A DNA stretch of 64,000 nt from Curvularia clavata. Its lineage: Eukaryota. The translations under genes and the position numbers were made by a program. Location: positions 2,542,001 through 2,606,000 of the forward strand of contig CP089276.1 in the NCBI GenBank assembly GCA_023920165.1, read 5' to 3'. This document shows, piece by piece, positions 1-12,193 of this stretch (position 1 is the first letter of the stretch; the number at the start of each line of letters is the position of its first letter). The notes below the pieces were generated by a model. The model ran no database searches, was not told the origin of the DNA, and was given only the letters and a program-made list of their open reading frames with translations.

Positions 1-18
1 TCAGGGCGGGAATCAGCT

Positions 19-108
19 ACCCTCACCCTCACCCCTACCTTCACCCTCACCCCTACCTTCACCCTCACCCCTACCTTCACCCTCACCCCTACCTTCACCC
101 TCACCCCC
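19..108 (+). repeat. 18-bp tandem minisatellite (CACCCTCACCCCTACCTT)x~4.5
   Basis: Unit read directly. It lies in an open frame (HPHPYL repeats) that is the same frame as ORF 312..848. Confidence 0.9.
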
Positions 109-311
109 ATCCTCAGCGCTCAACCAACAATTCGGGAGCCCAATATCCCCACGAAGAACCCGAAGAGCAACAAACACACGAATTTGACTATATGGCAGAG
201 CCGTTCAAGCGTCCGCACAGGAAAGACATTCTAGAAACGCCCAATCACAACTGCGAGTGTCGGGAAAACAAGCGAGACGCAGGTACAAGGTGAAAGACAA
301 GTGAAGGCAAG

Positions 312-848
312 GTGAGAGAAGAACTGGCACACACCGCTACGACCACGCACCAACTACTGGATATAATTACGACGCCCACCAGAAAAATAAACGATCACTC
401 CCACACCATCGCGAAACCACATTACTACTCCATCCCGAACAACCATAGCCACAATACGAGACTGGCGACAAGAGGAACCAACATGTTCCGCTCAAAGGCA
501 CTCGGACTCACCCGGGATGACCCGGACGAGTCGGGCGACATCACGATCAACAAGACGGCAGCAACCCAACGCTTCCAGCACCTCGAAGACCTGCTCGCGG
601 CTTTCCAGGCATATCAAGATCACACCCAGACTCAGAAACCAAATGAAGAACCAGAGCAGATGACTTGGGACAACCTAACCGGCCACCTCTTGTCAATCAG
701 AATGGCTTCCCGAGACCTGGCAAGAGATATGGGTTTGGACATTGGTACAAAGAGCTACATGATCGGCGAGATGCAAAAGAACGAGCCTTTCCCGTTGACG
801 AGCATCACGAAAAACTCAGCGTATTCCCGGGATGATTTGAATTTCTAG
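312..848 (+). other. Orphan or TE-associated ORF fragment, hypothetical
   Basis: A/C-skewed ORF. The same frame is open from the window start except for one TGA at 291-293. It abuts RIP-decayed sequence and has no recognisable motif. Confidence 0.3.
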
Positions 849-1259
849 GTAATATACTATAAAGTTAGCTAGACTTAGCTAATAGTAGTGGTTTAATAGA
901 CTACATGGTATAGTAAATAGTATAAATAGTAACTAGTAGTAGCTCTACTAGCTTTATTATGCTTATAGCTGATAAGTAGAAAGTAAAGTAGAAGAAGAAA
1001 AAAAACTAGCTTACTCTCGACTAGCTAGCGTAGTGAAGGGTATATATAGTAATAGTATTACTATTTTATAGCTTATTAAGTCTGCAGTCTAGCAGCAAGA
1101 AGTAGAAAGAAAGTAAAAAGTTAAAAAAGAGCAAGAGGTGAGGCAGTAGGCCAAAGTGGCGCAGCCGACAGCCGAGTCAGCCCATGGGTGGCGCAGCCGA
1201 CAGCCGAGTCAGCCCATGGGTGGCGTAGGTGGCGGCTGAGTTATGCTTTTGGGCCTGTA
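849..1259. mobile_element. RIP-degraded repeat relic, possibly the end of a DNA transposon
   Basis: Very TpA-rich and CpA/TpG-poor over ~849-1135. Exact 32-bp direct repeat GTGGCGCAGCCGACAGCCGAGTCAGCCCATGG at 1157-1188 and 1189-1220. Ends ...GGGCCTG|TA, resembling a Tc1/mariner terminus. Confidence 0.5.
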
Positions 1260-1343
1260 ACCTTACACTACTGAATTCTTTTTTATATAGTGCTTAATAT
1301 TTTAAGGCAAGTAGATAGAGAGAGTAAATATAATAGAAGTTAG

Positions 1344-1552
1344 TGTTAGACTGTTAGTGGCGTGAAGGTACAGCACGAGATAGATGAGAGAGAACTATGC
1401 TTTAACAGCCATGTATTCACGAGACGAATCGCTATCGAGCACCTCTAGCGATCGTGGAGGCTTTATAGCCTTAGGTAAGCCCTAGCTGACTAACTAGCGT
1501 GAAGAAGGAGGGAATTGGACCAACATGTCCCAATTTGGACCAGGTCCTGACA
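1344..1552. mobile_element. Solo LTR (209 bp) with 5-bp target-site duplication
   Basis: Begins TGTTAG and ends CTGACA (TG...CA, imperfect inverted termini). Flanked by GTTAG at 1339-1343 and 1553-1557. Confidence 0.8.
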
Positions 1553-2676
1553 GTTAGTGAGATAGTATCTCATAGAGTATTCATAGATTATAATATCTTT
1601 CTAATTAAAAACTATTTAAGTAGGTATAAATATAAGTGTAGTCAAGCTAAAATATAGAGAAGGCGCTTTGCACGCCCGGCACAAGGCATAGAACGAGCGT
1701 AAGAGGTGAGGTGTTGGCTATAAGGCAAGAAACACAGATACTTCACTCAATAATTTTATCGTAATGGTGAACTTTAAAGCTGTCGTGCTAGTACGATATG
1801 CAATGATAATACCAACCCACCCCACATTATCAAATACCTGTTTGCCTCTAGCGTCCTTGCGCCACAAATATTACTCCTCAAGCTGACTCTCCCACCGATC
1901 GACGCCAATACTTAGTCAAACTCACCAGAAGGACTATGCATAGCATAAAATACATGTGAAGATCGCATTTTGAAGGGGATTATATCGAGCTATCTCAGAG
2001 TCCTTATATAGAAAGGAATTTTCTATATATAGTAAATGCTAAGCCTGCTAACAAGACCAGTAACAAAAAGGATGATTATTCATTTGAAAGACTTGGGGGT
2101 ACACAAGAATTTTGGCATAAATAGCAACCCCAATGATGTGTTCCTTTCTGGTCATCCGAATTGCAAATGTGTGAATTTCCGAGTCTTACAGCTTTGATCC
2201 ATTTCAATTTCTCTAGTAAATCTGCACATTCAATTGAACGACGCACTTCAAAAATGAGAACATGAGATGAAGTTTCGGCAGAGGTCCGAAACCCACTAAG
2301 TTGCTCGCGTGTAGTTAAGAAGCATCACTCGGTGTCACTGCTATTTCGTTCGGTATTCTAAGTTATCTCCGCATGCGCTTAGGACTGTAAATGAACACCA
2401 CAAAATCTCACCGAGTGCCAACTTCTCAAGAACCAATTGATCAAAAGGAGAAAAAAATTATTTTTACTTATTACAACGTGTTTCCAAACATCTTACATAC
2501 ATTATTATGAGACCTGAGTAACAACTATCGTAAGCCTGTGAGCCGATCATCACTTTTTAGGACAGCAATGAGACCTAAGGCAGCAGAAGGATTTCTTTAA
2601 CAAGTATCGTGCTTTTGAGATCCAAAGAAATCCAAGCTCAATACGCAGTTGATTGTGTGGACAATTGTTATTCTGC

Positions 2677-4466
2677 CTACTCAGGAATGATGTGGTCTTT
2701 AGCATCAACACCCGCTTTCCATCGATACGCCGATGCTGTATGCTCGTCCAAAGGACCTCTCTGCCCCTTTGTACCATAAAAGTTCTCTCGGTACGTGCCG
2801 CCGGGAACTGCGTAGTCCTCCCAAAACATTCCACGCTTCTTCAATTCCGGAATCAGCAACTCCACAACATCCTTGAAAGACTGAGGAAAAAGTGCATATG
2901 CCTGGACATGCATTAGCTTAACATGCGCGCTGACCAGGAAATTGACCTACGATATTGAAACCATCCACGTCGGCCTCGTCAACCCATCTTTGAAAACCAT
3001 CTGCCACTTGTGACGGTGTTCCGACAAAAAGAGGCCCTATACCACCAATGCTGACGTGCTCGGCCACGGTGTGCTTGGTCCATTTGGATGTACCGGGGGA
3101 AAAGCGAGCGAAGCCTTCAACTGTCGATCGTACAGCGTTGCTCTCAACGTGTCGCAACTCTTCCTCATCACCATATTTTCCCAGATCGATCCCTGTCCAG
3201 CCACAAAAGAGTGCTAGTGCTCCTTCCAATGATGCATACTTGCGGTAGTCTGCAAGTTTCGCCTGCGCCTCCTCTTCCGTTCTCCCTAGTATGGGAGTTG
3301 CAAGAGCCAGAAATTTAATGTTGCGTCCATCTCTACCAAATTGTGATGAAGCAATTTCCCTGATCTCAGCAATGTTTTTTGCACACACAACAGGTGCGTG
3401 TGCCGAAACAAAGATTGCTTCCGCATTCTGAGCAGCGAAGGTCTTGCCGGCTTTTGAAGCACCCGCTTGCAGAAGCAGTGGGGTTCGTTGCGGACTAGGC
3501 TGACAGATGTGCGGCCCAGGCACTTCAAAGTACTTGCCTTTATGGTTGATTTGTCGAATTCGGTCTGGCACAGTGTACACCCCCTTCTTCCGATCTAATG
3601 CGACCGCATCGTCTCTCCAGGACGACTCAAGGAGTTTGTACATCACTTTGACATACTCTTCAGCTTGAGCGTAGCGTTCGTCATGCTATTCCAGTTAGCA
3701 ATGTAGCGCTATGGTTGAGCATAACTTACTTGCAACTGCTCCTTCATTCCCATGTTTCTCGCAGCAGAATCCAGATAACTTGTCACAATCTAAATTGTTA
3801 CTAGGAGTAGGGGTGATTGGTTTGAATCTTGCTTACATTCCATCCTAGTCTACCATGGGTCAGTCCCTGAGTGCATGTCTAATTAAGGGATACAACAGTC
3901 GACATACCTTCCCTTTGTCAAATGGTCGACCGTAGAGAGTCTTCGGGCCAAATGATATGGCTGCTCATAAGTAGTCGATACAGTCACACCAAAACCAATA
4001 CTCTTGGTTGCTGCGGCCATTGCGCTAACGACTGCAAGCGGCTCGTTGACTGGCCACTGGGCACCGGAAGTCATTGCCGCGTTCAGATTGCCATTGTATA
4101 CATCGTAGCCTCCAAGAACATCAGCTATGAAGATGCCGTGAACTTTCGCTTCTTCGAGTAGCTTTGCGAGGTCTACCCAATGGCTGAGATTGTTGAATTC
4201 ATGAGAGTGATCATCAGGATGCTTCCACAAGCCTGGAGACTGGTGACCACTACCTACACATTACTTTGAATTAGTTCTTGATGTACTCAGTCCACAATCA
4301 AATGCCGACTGTAATGACGGTTTCACAATATTTTGTATGGTTGTGTGAACTTACACATCTCTACAAAGGCATTGATAATTAACTTTTTATTGGCCACTCC
4401 CCTGTCGCTCTTCTTCGTTCCATTTGCTGCAACCTCGTCGCCATTCTCTCTTTTCCTCTTTGCCAT
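2677..4466 (-). CDS. FMNH2-dependent luciferase-like monooxygenase, DszA/NtaA/SoxA/DmoA family (multi-exon)
   Basis: Spliced start MAKRK...LIINAFVEM-C-SGHQSPGLWKHP. Motifs FIADVLGGYD, STTYEQPYHLARR, GR-LGWN-IVT, PSPQRTPLLLQAGAS, DVDGFN, PELKKRG. GT-AG introns include one on each side of a 13-nt exon at 3837-3849. Confidence 0.9.
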
Positions 4467-4983
4467 GGTTGGAGGTTGTAATAGTCTAGACGTTGGCAGT
4501 TCAATCTCGCCGAGTGATATGCTGGTAGGTTTGCGTGGATGATGTGATCCCGCGCTCCTTTAACGCCATCGCTTATGTGCAAACCCCAACAACATCAAAT
4601 CGGGTGAACTCCGTCCGGATCGCAGCATCCCGATTGATTCCTCCGATACAGGACTTACTCCACAATTGAGTTAAGTCTTTGGCGATAAAAAATCGGTCCT
4701 TTGCCGCCATGTTACCCCGCTGCCGTGTCACGCCAGATTACTCCAAGATGGCGACAATCCATTTACTCCACTCGGTGTACTCTCCTAGCCAGGCATTTAC
4801 GTGGGGCAGATTAGATAGTACTATCAATCTCACAAACAATGCACAATGACGGATTTTTAGGAAGGGAGACGTCGCATGGGATTTTCGGTAGTCAATCCTT
4901 ATGTAAAGCACGACTTCGGCGTAGGAGCTTGGCCTTTGGACGCTCTTGAAAAGTCTCGCTGAAGCCAGTTCTATGTATCACGA

Positions 4984-6362
4984 ATGAAAATGACAACATC
5001 CCTGAAACGCACAAGAAGTTCTGCAGAGCCCCCGCCTGAGAAAAGAACCAAAATCCAAAATGAATTCCAGAGGAGAGAAACTACACTGCAACCGCCTCAT
5101 CGACAACATGCACTGCTGCTACATGCAGCTCGCCAGCCATATGACCTAGCCACCAGCCATGCGACTCCCGAAGTCAAATTTGCGAATGAACTGCTAATCA
5201 AGGTGGAGGCGATAGGACTCAACCCCATTGACTGGAAAGCCCCGTAAGTTTTGAGAGTGGCGAGCAATTGTTAATTTGTTCATTGATGCTTACATCCCGT
5301 AGTGACTATGGTTTTGGCATTCCAACACTTCCATATGTTGCAGGTCGCGAATTCACCGGCACGATTATCAAAGCGGGAAGCGCTGCATCATCTCGTTTAC
5401 AGGTCGGCGATGTTGTCACTGTGCCGTCGACTGACTATCGTGACCTCCGCAAGGCTGCATATCAACAATATAGCATTGCGTCGTCCTTCAACGCGATACG
5501 AATCCCACGAGGCATCTCCATCAAATCGAGCAGCACTCTCGGCGTGGCATTCGTTTCAGCTGTCCTTGCGTTGGGTATATGCATGGGCGTCAACTTTGAG
5601 AACATCGAAAACGGCCCCAATCTCCTTGAAAGTGTACGAGCTATCAATCCCGAAGCACTTCCTACCGACATACGTCATGAATGCCTTACAAGCATTTCGC
5701 CAAGTGAACGCGCAAAGCCCGGAGATTTCCTCGTCGTATGGGGTGGAAGTTCGACCTGCGCTCACGTCGCAAAGCAACTTGCACGTCTCGCAGGGCTCAG
5801 AATCATTTCAGTAGTCGATACTGCGAAACATGGACTTCGACTCTCAACTACTGAGCACATCCGCAGCGATCTCGTCGTCGACTCGCATGATCCAGAACGA
5901 GCTATTCAAATCATTCAGGCTAGCACAAATCAAAGCGCGCGCTTTGGCTTTGACACAATTGGCAAGGAAACAGCTGCATACCTTCTGAAAAGTCTTGCAC
6001 AGCCCGATGAAACTGTAAAGACCTTGGACCGCCTAGGAGCAAAGCCCCCAACTCCACCGTCTACACCGCTGGAAGAGAAGCCACAAATACCGCGCTCACA
6101 TCTGATTGGCATGACAGGGCTACCCAAGAAAGATGTGCCTGGGGGCGTAGTATTGCATAGCGTGCCCATAAAGCTATACCACGAGGTGTCTCAAGTGGGT
6201 GAAGAGTTGAGTGCTTGGTGTGAGCGGCTGCTGGTCAAGGGACTTCTAGTGCCCCCAGATGTGGTGGGCGTTGTGGAGGGACTGGGTGGTATCAACGGGG
6301 GATTGGATAGAATGAGACGGAGGGAGGTCAGTGGAGGACGACTGGTGGCTGTACTTCGGTAA
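4984..6362 (+). CDS. Medium-chain dehydrogenase/reductase (enoyl-reductase-like, GroES + Rossmann)
   Basis: AIGLNPIDWK, intron ~5244-5302, then PYVAGREFTG and VWGGSSTCA; C-terminus REVSGGRLV. Confidence 0.85.
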
Positions 6363-6726
6363 GAACAAAATAAGTAAGTCTTAGAGAAATGAGATAGAAA
6401 TCCAAATAGGCGCCGGCGGGACCGCATGACATTTCTTTGTGGTAGTGGGACATCAATGTTGTAGTATATTTGAAGATTATGCCGATGTATAACAGCTCGA
6501 ATCATGTCCCATTCTTTTACGTTGATTTTCTAGAAGTATTATAAAGGCTCGTTTAATGAATTAGAGGGGAATGCAGTACATGTGCAACAAAACTTCGAGA
6601 ACATACATGCATAGTTATATCTAAAACATGGAGCTATTACGAAATCGCAGTCTTCATGTTGAGACCAGCCTTCGAGAAGGCTCGCTCTAACAATTTTTAA
6701 TTAAACCAATCTCCACCTCTGCCTCA

Positions 6727-8351
6727 CTACTTTCCTGTTGCCACACTTGTAGTTCGCACAACACCCTCCTCATCCACCTGCTCGATGGCCGTTGGTTTCT
6801 TTCCGAACTCCCTTACCACCATCCACGCTGGCAAGATCGCGACTCCCCACAGTGCGAAGTTCCAATAAACCGCCCCGACCTCGGCAAAAAGTTTCACGCT
6901 GGTGATACCATAGCTAACCGCTTGCCATGCACTCTCAGTACCCCTCAAAAGCGCGGCATACCGTATAACCTCCTCTTCGTTCTCCGCCAAGTTACCAATG
7001 ATAAAGTATAGAAACAAGTAGTTGAGTTGAAAACCGACGGTCAAGAATATGAAGACTGCAAATGCGCGACCAAAACCTTCTGACGTCCAGTCATAGGTGG
7101 GCCGTGAGTTGCGGAACTGCGTGACGAGAATAGTAATCCAAAGCCACCATGCACCCTGCAATACGCCAATGAGGATGAATGAACTGCGAGCACGAGTGCG
7201 TAAGGCGATAGAAGTTCGGTCAAGGTAGGTGCCGAGAAGGTTACCGCAGACGACCGCGATGATGCCGGAGAGAAAAGAACCCAGAGCTCGAGCACGAACT
7301 GAGAACCACACTGCGTTCACCATATCTGTCAGCGGTTCCATTATATGGAAAGCTTTCAACATAGAAAGAAGCCAGATACTCACATGCTAGATACGTGAAG
7401 AATACCGCCTCGGCAAATACCGCTTGCCCAATCCATAGCAGTATCAAGAGAAACCTCTTGGTGCAGAACAATCTTGCTGTTTCTTTCAACTCAAAACTAG
7501 GGTTTTTTGCGATGCTCAGCACCACCTTCTTGCCATCCTTTCTCTCTACTTTGTTCGGACTATTCAGGAAGCAACCTACGACAGGTCCGGCACATTGCAG
7601 TGCAATGAATATCAAATACACTGTGTAAGTGACCTTTCCAGCTTGGTCACGTTTTGCGTTCAGCCCGAGATTGATCGCGCCACCGAGAATCTGGCCTGCA
7701 AGACGATATGTGAGCCAGTATCCGAGGGCCTTTCCTTTGTTCCATGGCTCGGGGTACGCGATTGCAATTGCGGCTTCGGCCATCCAGAAAATGCCCGCGG
7801 AGATACCGCAGAGCGAAGAGCCAAGATATATAAACCACTCTGTGCCAAATCGGTTGTTCGTGTACTATAGATATCATCAGAATGATGGGTGTCAAGGGTT
7901 GGAAAAGAAGAGACATACGAGGGCGGCTGCGTATGGCGCATAGCCAATTCTAAATTTACGTCAACTCAATTCCCATGGATCGCAGATGGGAAGACTCACG
8001 TTCCTAGTATCAAAGTTCCCTTGATCCCAACATACTTAACGATCACGCTGCTAAAGTAACAACTGACCACCATGAGACAAAAAGTGAGCGAGTTGCCGGC
8101 ATTGACCAGGTGTGGTGACTGAGCGCCTCCAGCACCGAGGCTGTTCATAGCCCCCCATATTCCTGGTGCACTGAAATTGCAGAGTCCGAGGATGGTGATG
8201 TTGAAAAACGTGGAGCGGTACCATCGCACTGTTCCCAATGTTAGACGGGTCGAAAGGGAGACTGGAGGCACAACGGACCTGGATGATCACTTTTTGGGCC
8301 ACTGACATCACTCGCAGATTCGACAGATTGAATTTTACGTTCGTCAGCCAT
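6727..8351 (-). CDS. UNC-93-like (DUF895) MFS membrane transporter (multi-exon)
   Basis: WYRSTFFNITILGLCNFSAPGIWGAMNSLGAGG, YPEPWNKGKA, RTRAR and LRGTESAWQAVSYG; many TM segments; ATG at 8351. Confidence 0.85.
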
Positions 8352-9119
8352 GATAATAACAATGGTACGCTGGCGTAAAGAGCGTGCGATGCAAAGTCAA
8401 AGGTAGTCTTCTCCTTGAGCAAGTGCAGAGGTATCTCCTTCTATGTATCTTTGAAAACACAACTAGTTAACTTGAAAGCCACCATCAGCCATTCTGTTGA
8501 CACTATCCTTCATGCTCAAGCGATGTGCAAATACTAGCTCTCTGTGGCGTGCTTCGGCATGTACCCGCGTTGTTATCTTTGCTGGACGCATAGTTTCCGT
8601 GTATCCTGGGAGCACAAAATAGCTTCTCCCGGCATCTGACAGACGTAATACTATTTGGTCAAATTCGTGGAAACCCTAGCTATTCAGACTTGATTGCGGA
8701 ATTTGGCATACCGGCCGGGCCGATCGAGTGTGTCGACAATGCGAGCGAACAGCACGCAATTTGTCGTCGGACGCGCAATACTGCGGAAGATCCACTATGG
8801 ATACAGGGGGTCATCTTATGTGATGCGGGGTAGTGGTTTGTTGGAGTAGCTTTTGAGACGGAGATATGGCCATGACGGAATAGTTGGAGAAATGTCGTGA
8901 TTGGAGACTGGGGAAACCGAGTTCAAAGTACAGAGCGAACTGGTTGATACGCAAATATGATCCACGAAGTATTGAGATAGCAGGGGCAAAGAGTCATGTT
9001 GGTGTACGTGTGGCTAAAAAAAACCCCCCCGACAAAAATGAAAGCACATCCAAATCACGTGTGGTGGTGAAAACGAAATCATGTGACTTAGAGATTGTGC
9101 GCTACGTAGAAGATACAGC

Positions 9120-11032
9120 TCAACTCTTTTTTCGCGCACCTGGCAAATCCCACCAAAGCTCATGCAGATTTCTTAGATCCAATTCCTCGGGTGTTTTGAG
9201 ATAGGAAGTAAGATCCACAGATTCATCCAGCTCTGCCTGCGTATAACCATTACCAAAGTATGCAAATCGATTACTCTTATCTTCTCGTTCATATTCCCAG
9301 TCTTCCCAGCGCGGCTCACGTCTGGCAATGGTAAAGTGGGCTGCCGAACCAGGCCAGAGCCCGTGGATGCGCTGGCCAGGCAAACCGCCGTTATTCCAGG
9401 ATGAGCACTTGTCAGTCAAGACTGTAGTGGGGAAAAAAGCATCGCAGTAGTCGACAAAGTCATCGGTAGCCTCTTGAGAAGGAGCCATGGCTTTGATCCC
9501 TTGAGTAGAAGCTTTACGAAAAACTTTGGCGAAGTAGGCAAGTGATGTTTCCACACCCTGTGGAACGGTACCGGATGGCCCAGTGGCATGGGGTCCAGCT
9601 AAGAAGAACAGATTGGGGAAGCCAGGGGTAGCTACCCCCAAGTATGTGTACGGAAAACCCCACCTGCCTTGAGGTTTCCAAGCCTTGCTCAAATCTTCGC
9701 CATTCGCCTTGATTGGAAACGGAGGAACGAGATCTGTGTTTGCTCCAGTAGCACAAAAGATAGCATCGAAGTCGAAAATCTTCCCATCTACCGTTTCTAT
9801 GCCAGTGGGCGTAAATTGCTTAATGGGAGTTTTCACGAGACTGACATTTTCTTTTGTAAGTGACTCAAGATATCCTGGGCCGGGTGTCAAGCGCCTGCAA
9901 TTCGGCGAGAAAGTCGGTATCAGACCGTCGAGAAGGTCTGGTTTGTTTGAGATACGTTTCTTCATAATGTCGGTAAATTGCTCCGCTAGACCTGCATTCT
10001 CCTTGGAGCCGCGCAACATCGCACGAAACCCCCTCCAATATTTTTCTTCGAGCTCTTTGCGAAAGCTCAGGTATGTTTGGGGATCCTCGAATGATTTGCG
10101 CTGTGCTTCAGGATAAGGCTGAGGCTCGAAAGTGCGCTCATCGCCCGCCCACGATTTTGCGATCCAAGTGGGATTTCGTACAAAATGGGTGACGTGTTCG
10201 GCTACCAACTGTAGGTTTGGTACAACTTGAATGCCGCTTGCGCCGTTGCCAATGACGGCAACCTTCTTTCCAGCCGGGTTGTACGAACTATCCCAGTCCG
10301 ATGTATGTCTCAAATGGCCTCTGAACTTTTCCAGGCCTGGGTAATCGGGCAATTTCCAGGCATTGAACCTTCCGATCGCAGTTATGACAAAGTCGAAGGC
10401 TTCGTTGAACACCTTATCGTCGCGAAGATCATGTATGTGCAGATGCCATTGGGATTTCGCGTTGTCCCATTCGGCCTGTTCTACACGATGTTGTAGCTTG
10501 ACATACTTGTAAACATCGTGTTTCCTAGCCTGGGCTTGCCAATAATCACGAATCTCGGCACCTTGAGCAAAGACTTCGGACCATTGAGTATTTGGCGAAA
10601 ACGTAGATTGATAGACGTGAGCAGGTATGTCGCACCTAACCCCGGGATATTTGTTCTCCAACCATGTTCCGCTCTAGAGTTTCGTTAGACATGTAGCAAA
10701 GAGGAGAATATTGGCAAACGAACCACATCACTATTCTTCTCGAAAATGGTCAATTGAATGCCGGGAACTTTTGCTGGCAGTAAGATTCCAGCGCTGATTC
10801 CAGAAATCCCAGCACCAATGACGGCAACTTTGATCTCTCGCACGTGGTCTATATGGCGTCGTGGATCGATTTTGAACTTCGAGACCGGGTATGGGATATC
10901 TAGGTCTGGGTGATTGTTTGCATATTCAGTCTCTTTCGGTAGCGAAAGATGTCCCGTAAGCTGTGCGATGCGTTCTGTAGAAGTGGCTGTACTCGCTGGT
11001 GGTATTGCTTGCTTTACAGCATGTGGCGCCAT
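9120..11032 (-). CDS. Flavin-containing/Baeyer-Villiger-type monooxygenase with N-terminal PTS2-like motif
   Basis: VIGAGISG, GTWLENKYPGVRCD, FRGHLRHTSDW fingerprint, VIGNGASG, ATG motif. One intron ~10674-10723. Confidence 0.9.
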
Positions 11033-12193
11033 TCCTTGAGGTGTCGTGGGTGTCGTGAGCTTGTAGTCGCTGTGTTGATGTCTTTTGAGTACTATTTATT
11101 TCTGTAAGACTCAAAGGCCATGACTTCTGATATGTGTCTCGATAAGGTCTTGGCCAGATAGTGTATCGGATTTTGGATTTCTACGGTGTAATCACGCCTT
11201 TTCCCCACTTGGTGACGGAACGGGGGCAGAGCCTCCAACAGGGTCACGCATTGCCAGATTCACCAGTTGGAGTCATTCAGAAGAGCTTCTCGATATAACA
11301 CCTACCGAGGCTCGATAACGAAGCTTGATAGGGATGCGCAGCCGGGAGGCAGACGGAAATTCGGCACATACGCTGGGGCAAGATGCGGTGCTTCCCCGCG
11401 CTGCATGCTTCCACCCGCAAGCTTATGTGGACAACAGACCTTTGGGTATCTGTGGTGACTGTCGCATTCAAAGTCATCAGGCCAATGACTAGATACCAGG
11501 TGCAGGCAGTGATCACAACAACATGTTACAATCAATAATTTTGGTGGTTCCGAAGCGCTGGTTGGTCTTACCTACTACGTACAAACCTCGAGCCGTGTTC
11601 CGCTACTAGTAGTAGTACCGACCACCGTCGCCGCTTGATTTCACCTCTTCTACATAACGACGGTGGGCGTTAAATAGCCTACATATGCAGTTTGCTAGGT
11701 TGAATTGCAAGCGATGACTTAAAATATGTTCCTGCCTTGCTCAGCTGTTGTGGATTCACATGTCGTACTCGACGACGAGAGAGCATCTTGCGGGGAAAGA
11801 AGTGCCACGAACGCTGACGCGGACGCGCTAGGGTCCCGAGCTGGGGCCTGCCACATGGTTCGAGAAGAGCAATCTTATCGTGATGGATATGCGCTTTAGG
11901 CAGGAACAAGCGGTTCAAGAAATGTGGGACGACCCACAACCTGATCTCCGGGTGCGGGTATGCAATTATCGTCTAACGCGCATTGTATAGGTATTTACGC
12001 TCAACTCAGTAATTTTCCAACTGACATGGAGTCTTTTTGCTCTTCACGCCGGTCCTTTCTTACAGAGCCTTCGATTTATGCCGAAAAAAAATCCAAAATA
12101 GCGGGCCCGGAATCTTCCTGCTTGCTCGGCCCTGATGGAGCAAGCTCACCTCGACGATATCACACATTGCCACCACCACCAGCTACCAGCGTC

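Noticed and set aside
19..108. Telomere repeat
   Set aside because: The units are CCCTCA/CCCCTA in an 18-bp period, not (CCCTAA)n, and unique sequence precedes them.
1157..1220. CRISPR-like repeats
   Set aside because: Only two abutting copies with no spacer, in a eukaryotic context.
4701..4757. CYS-3/MetR sites (ATGGCGGCAA, ATGGCGACAA)
   Set aside because: Only partial matches to ATGRYRYCAT; not supportable without conservation data.
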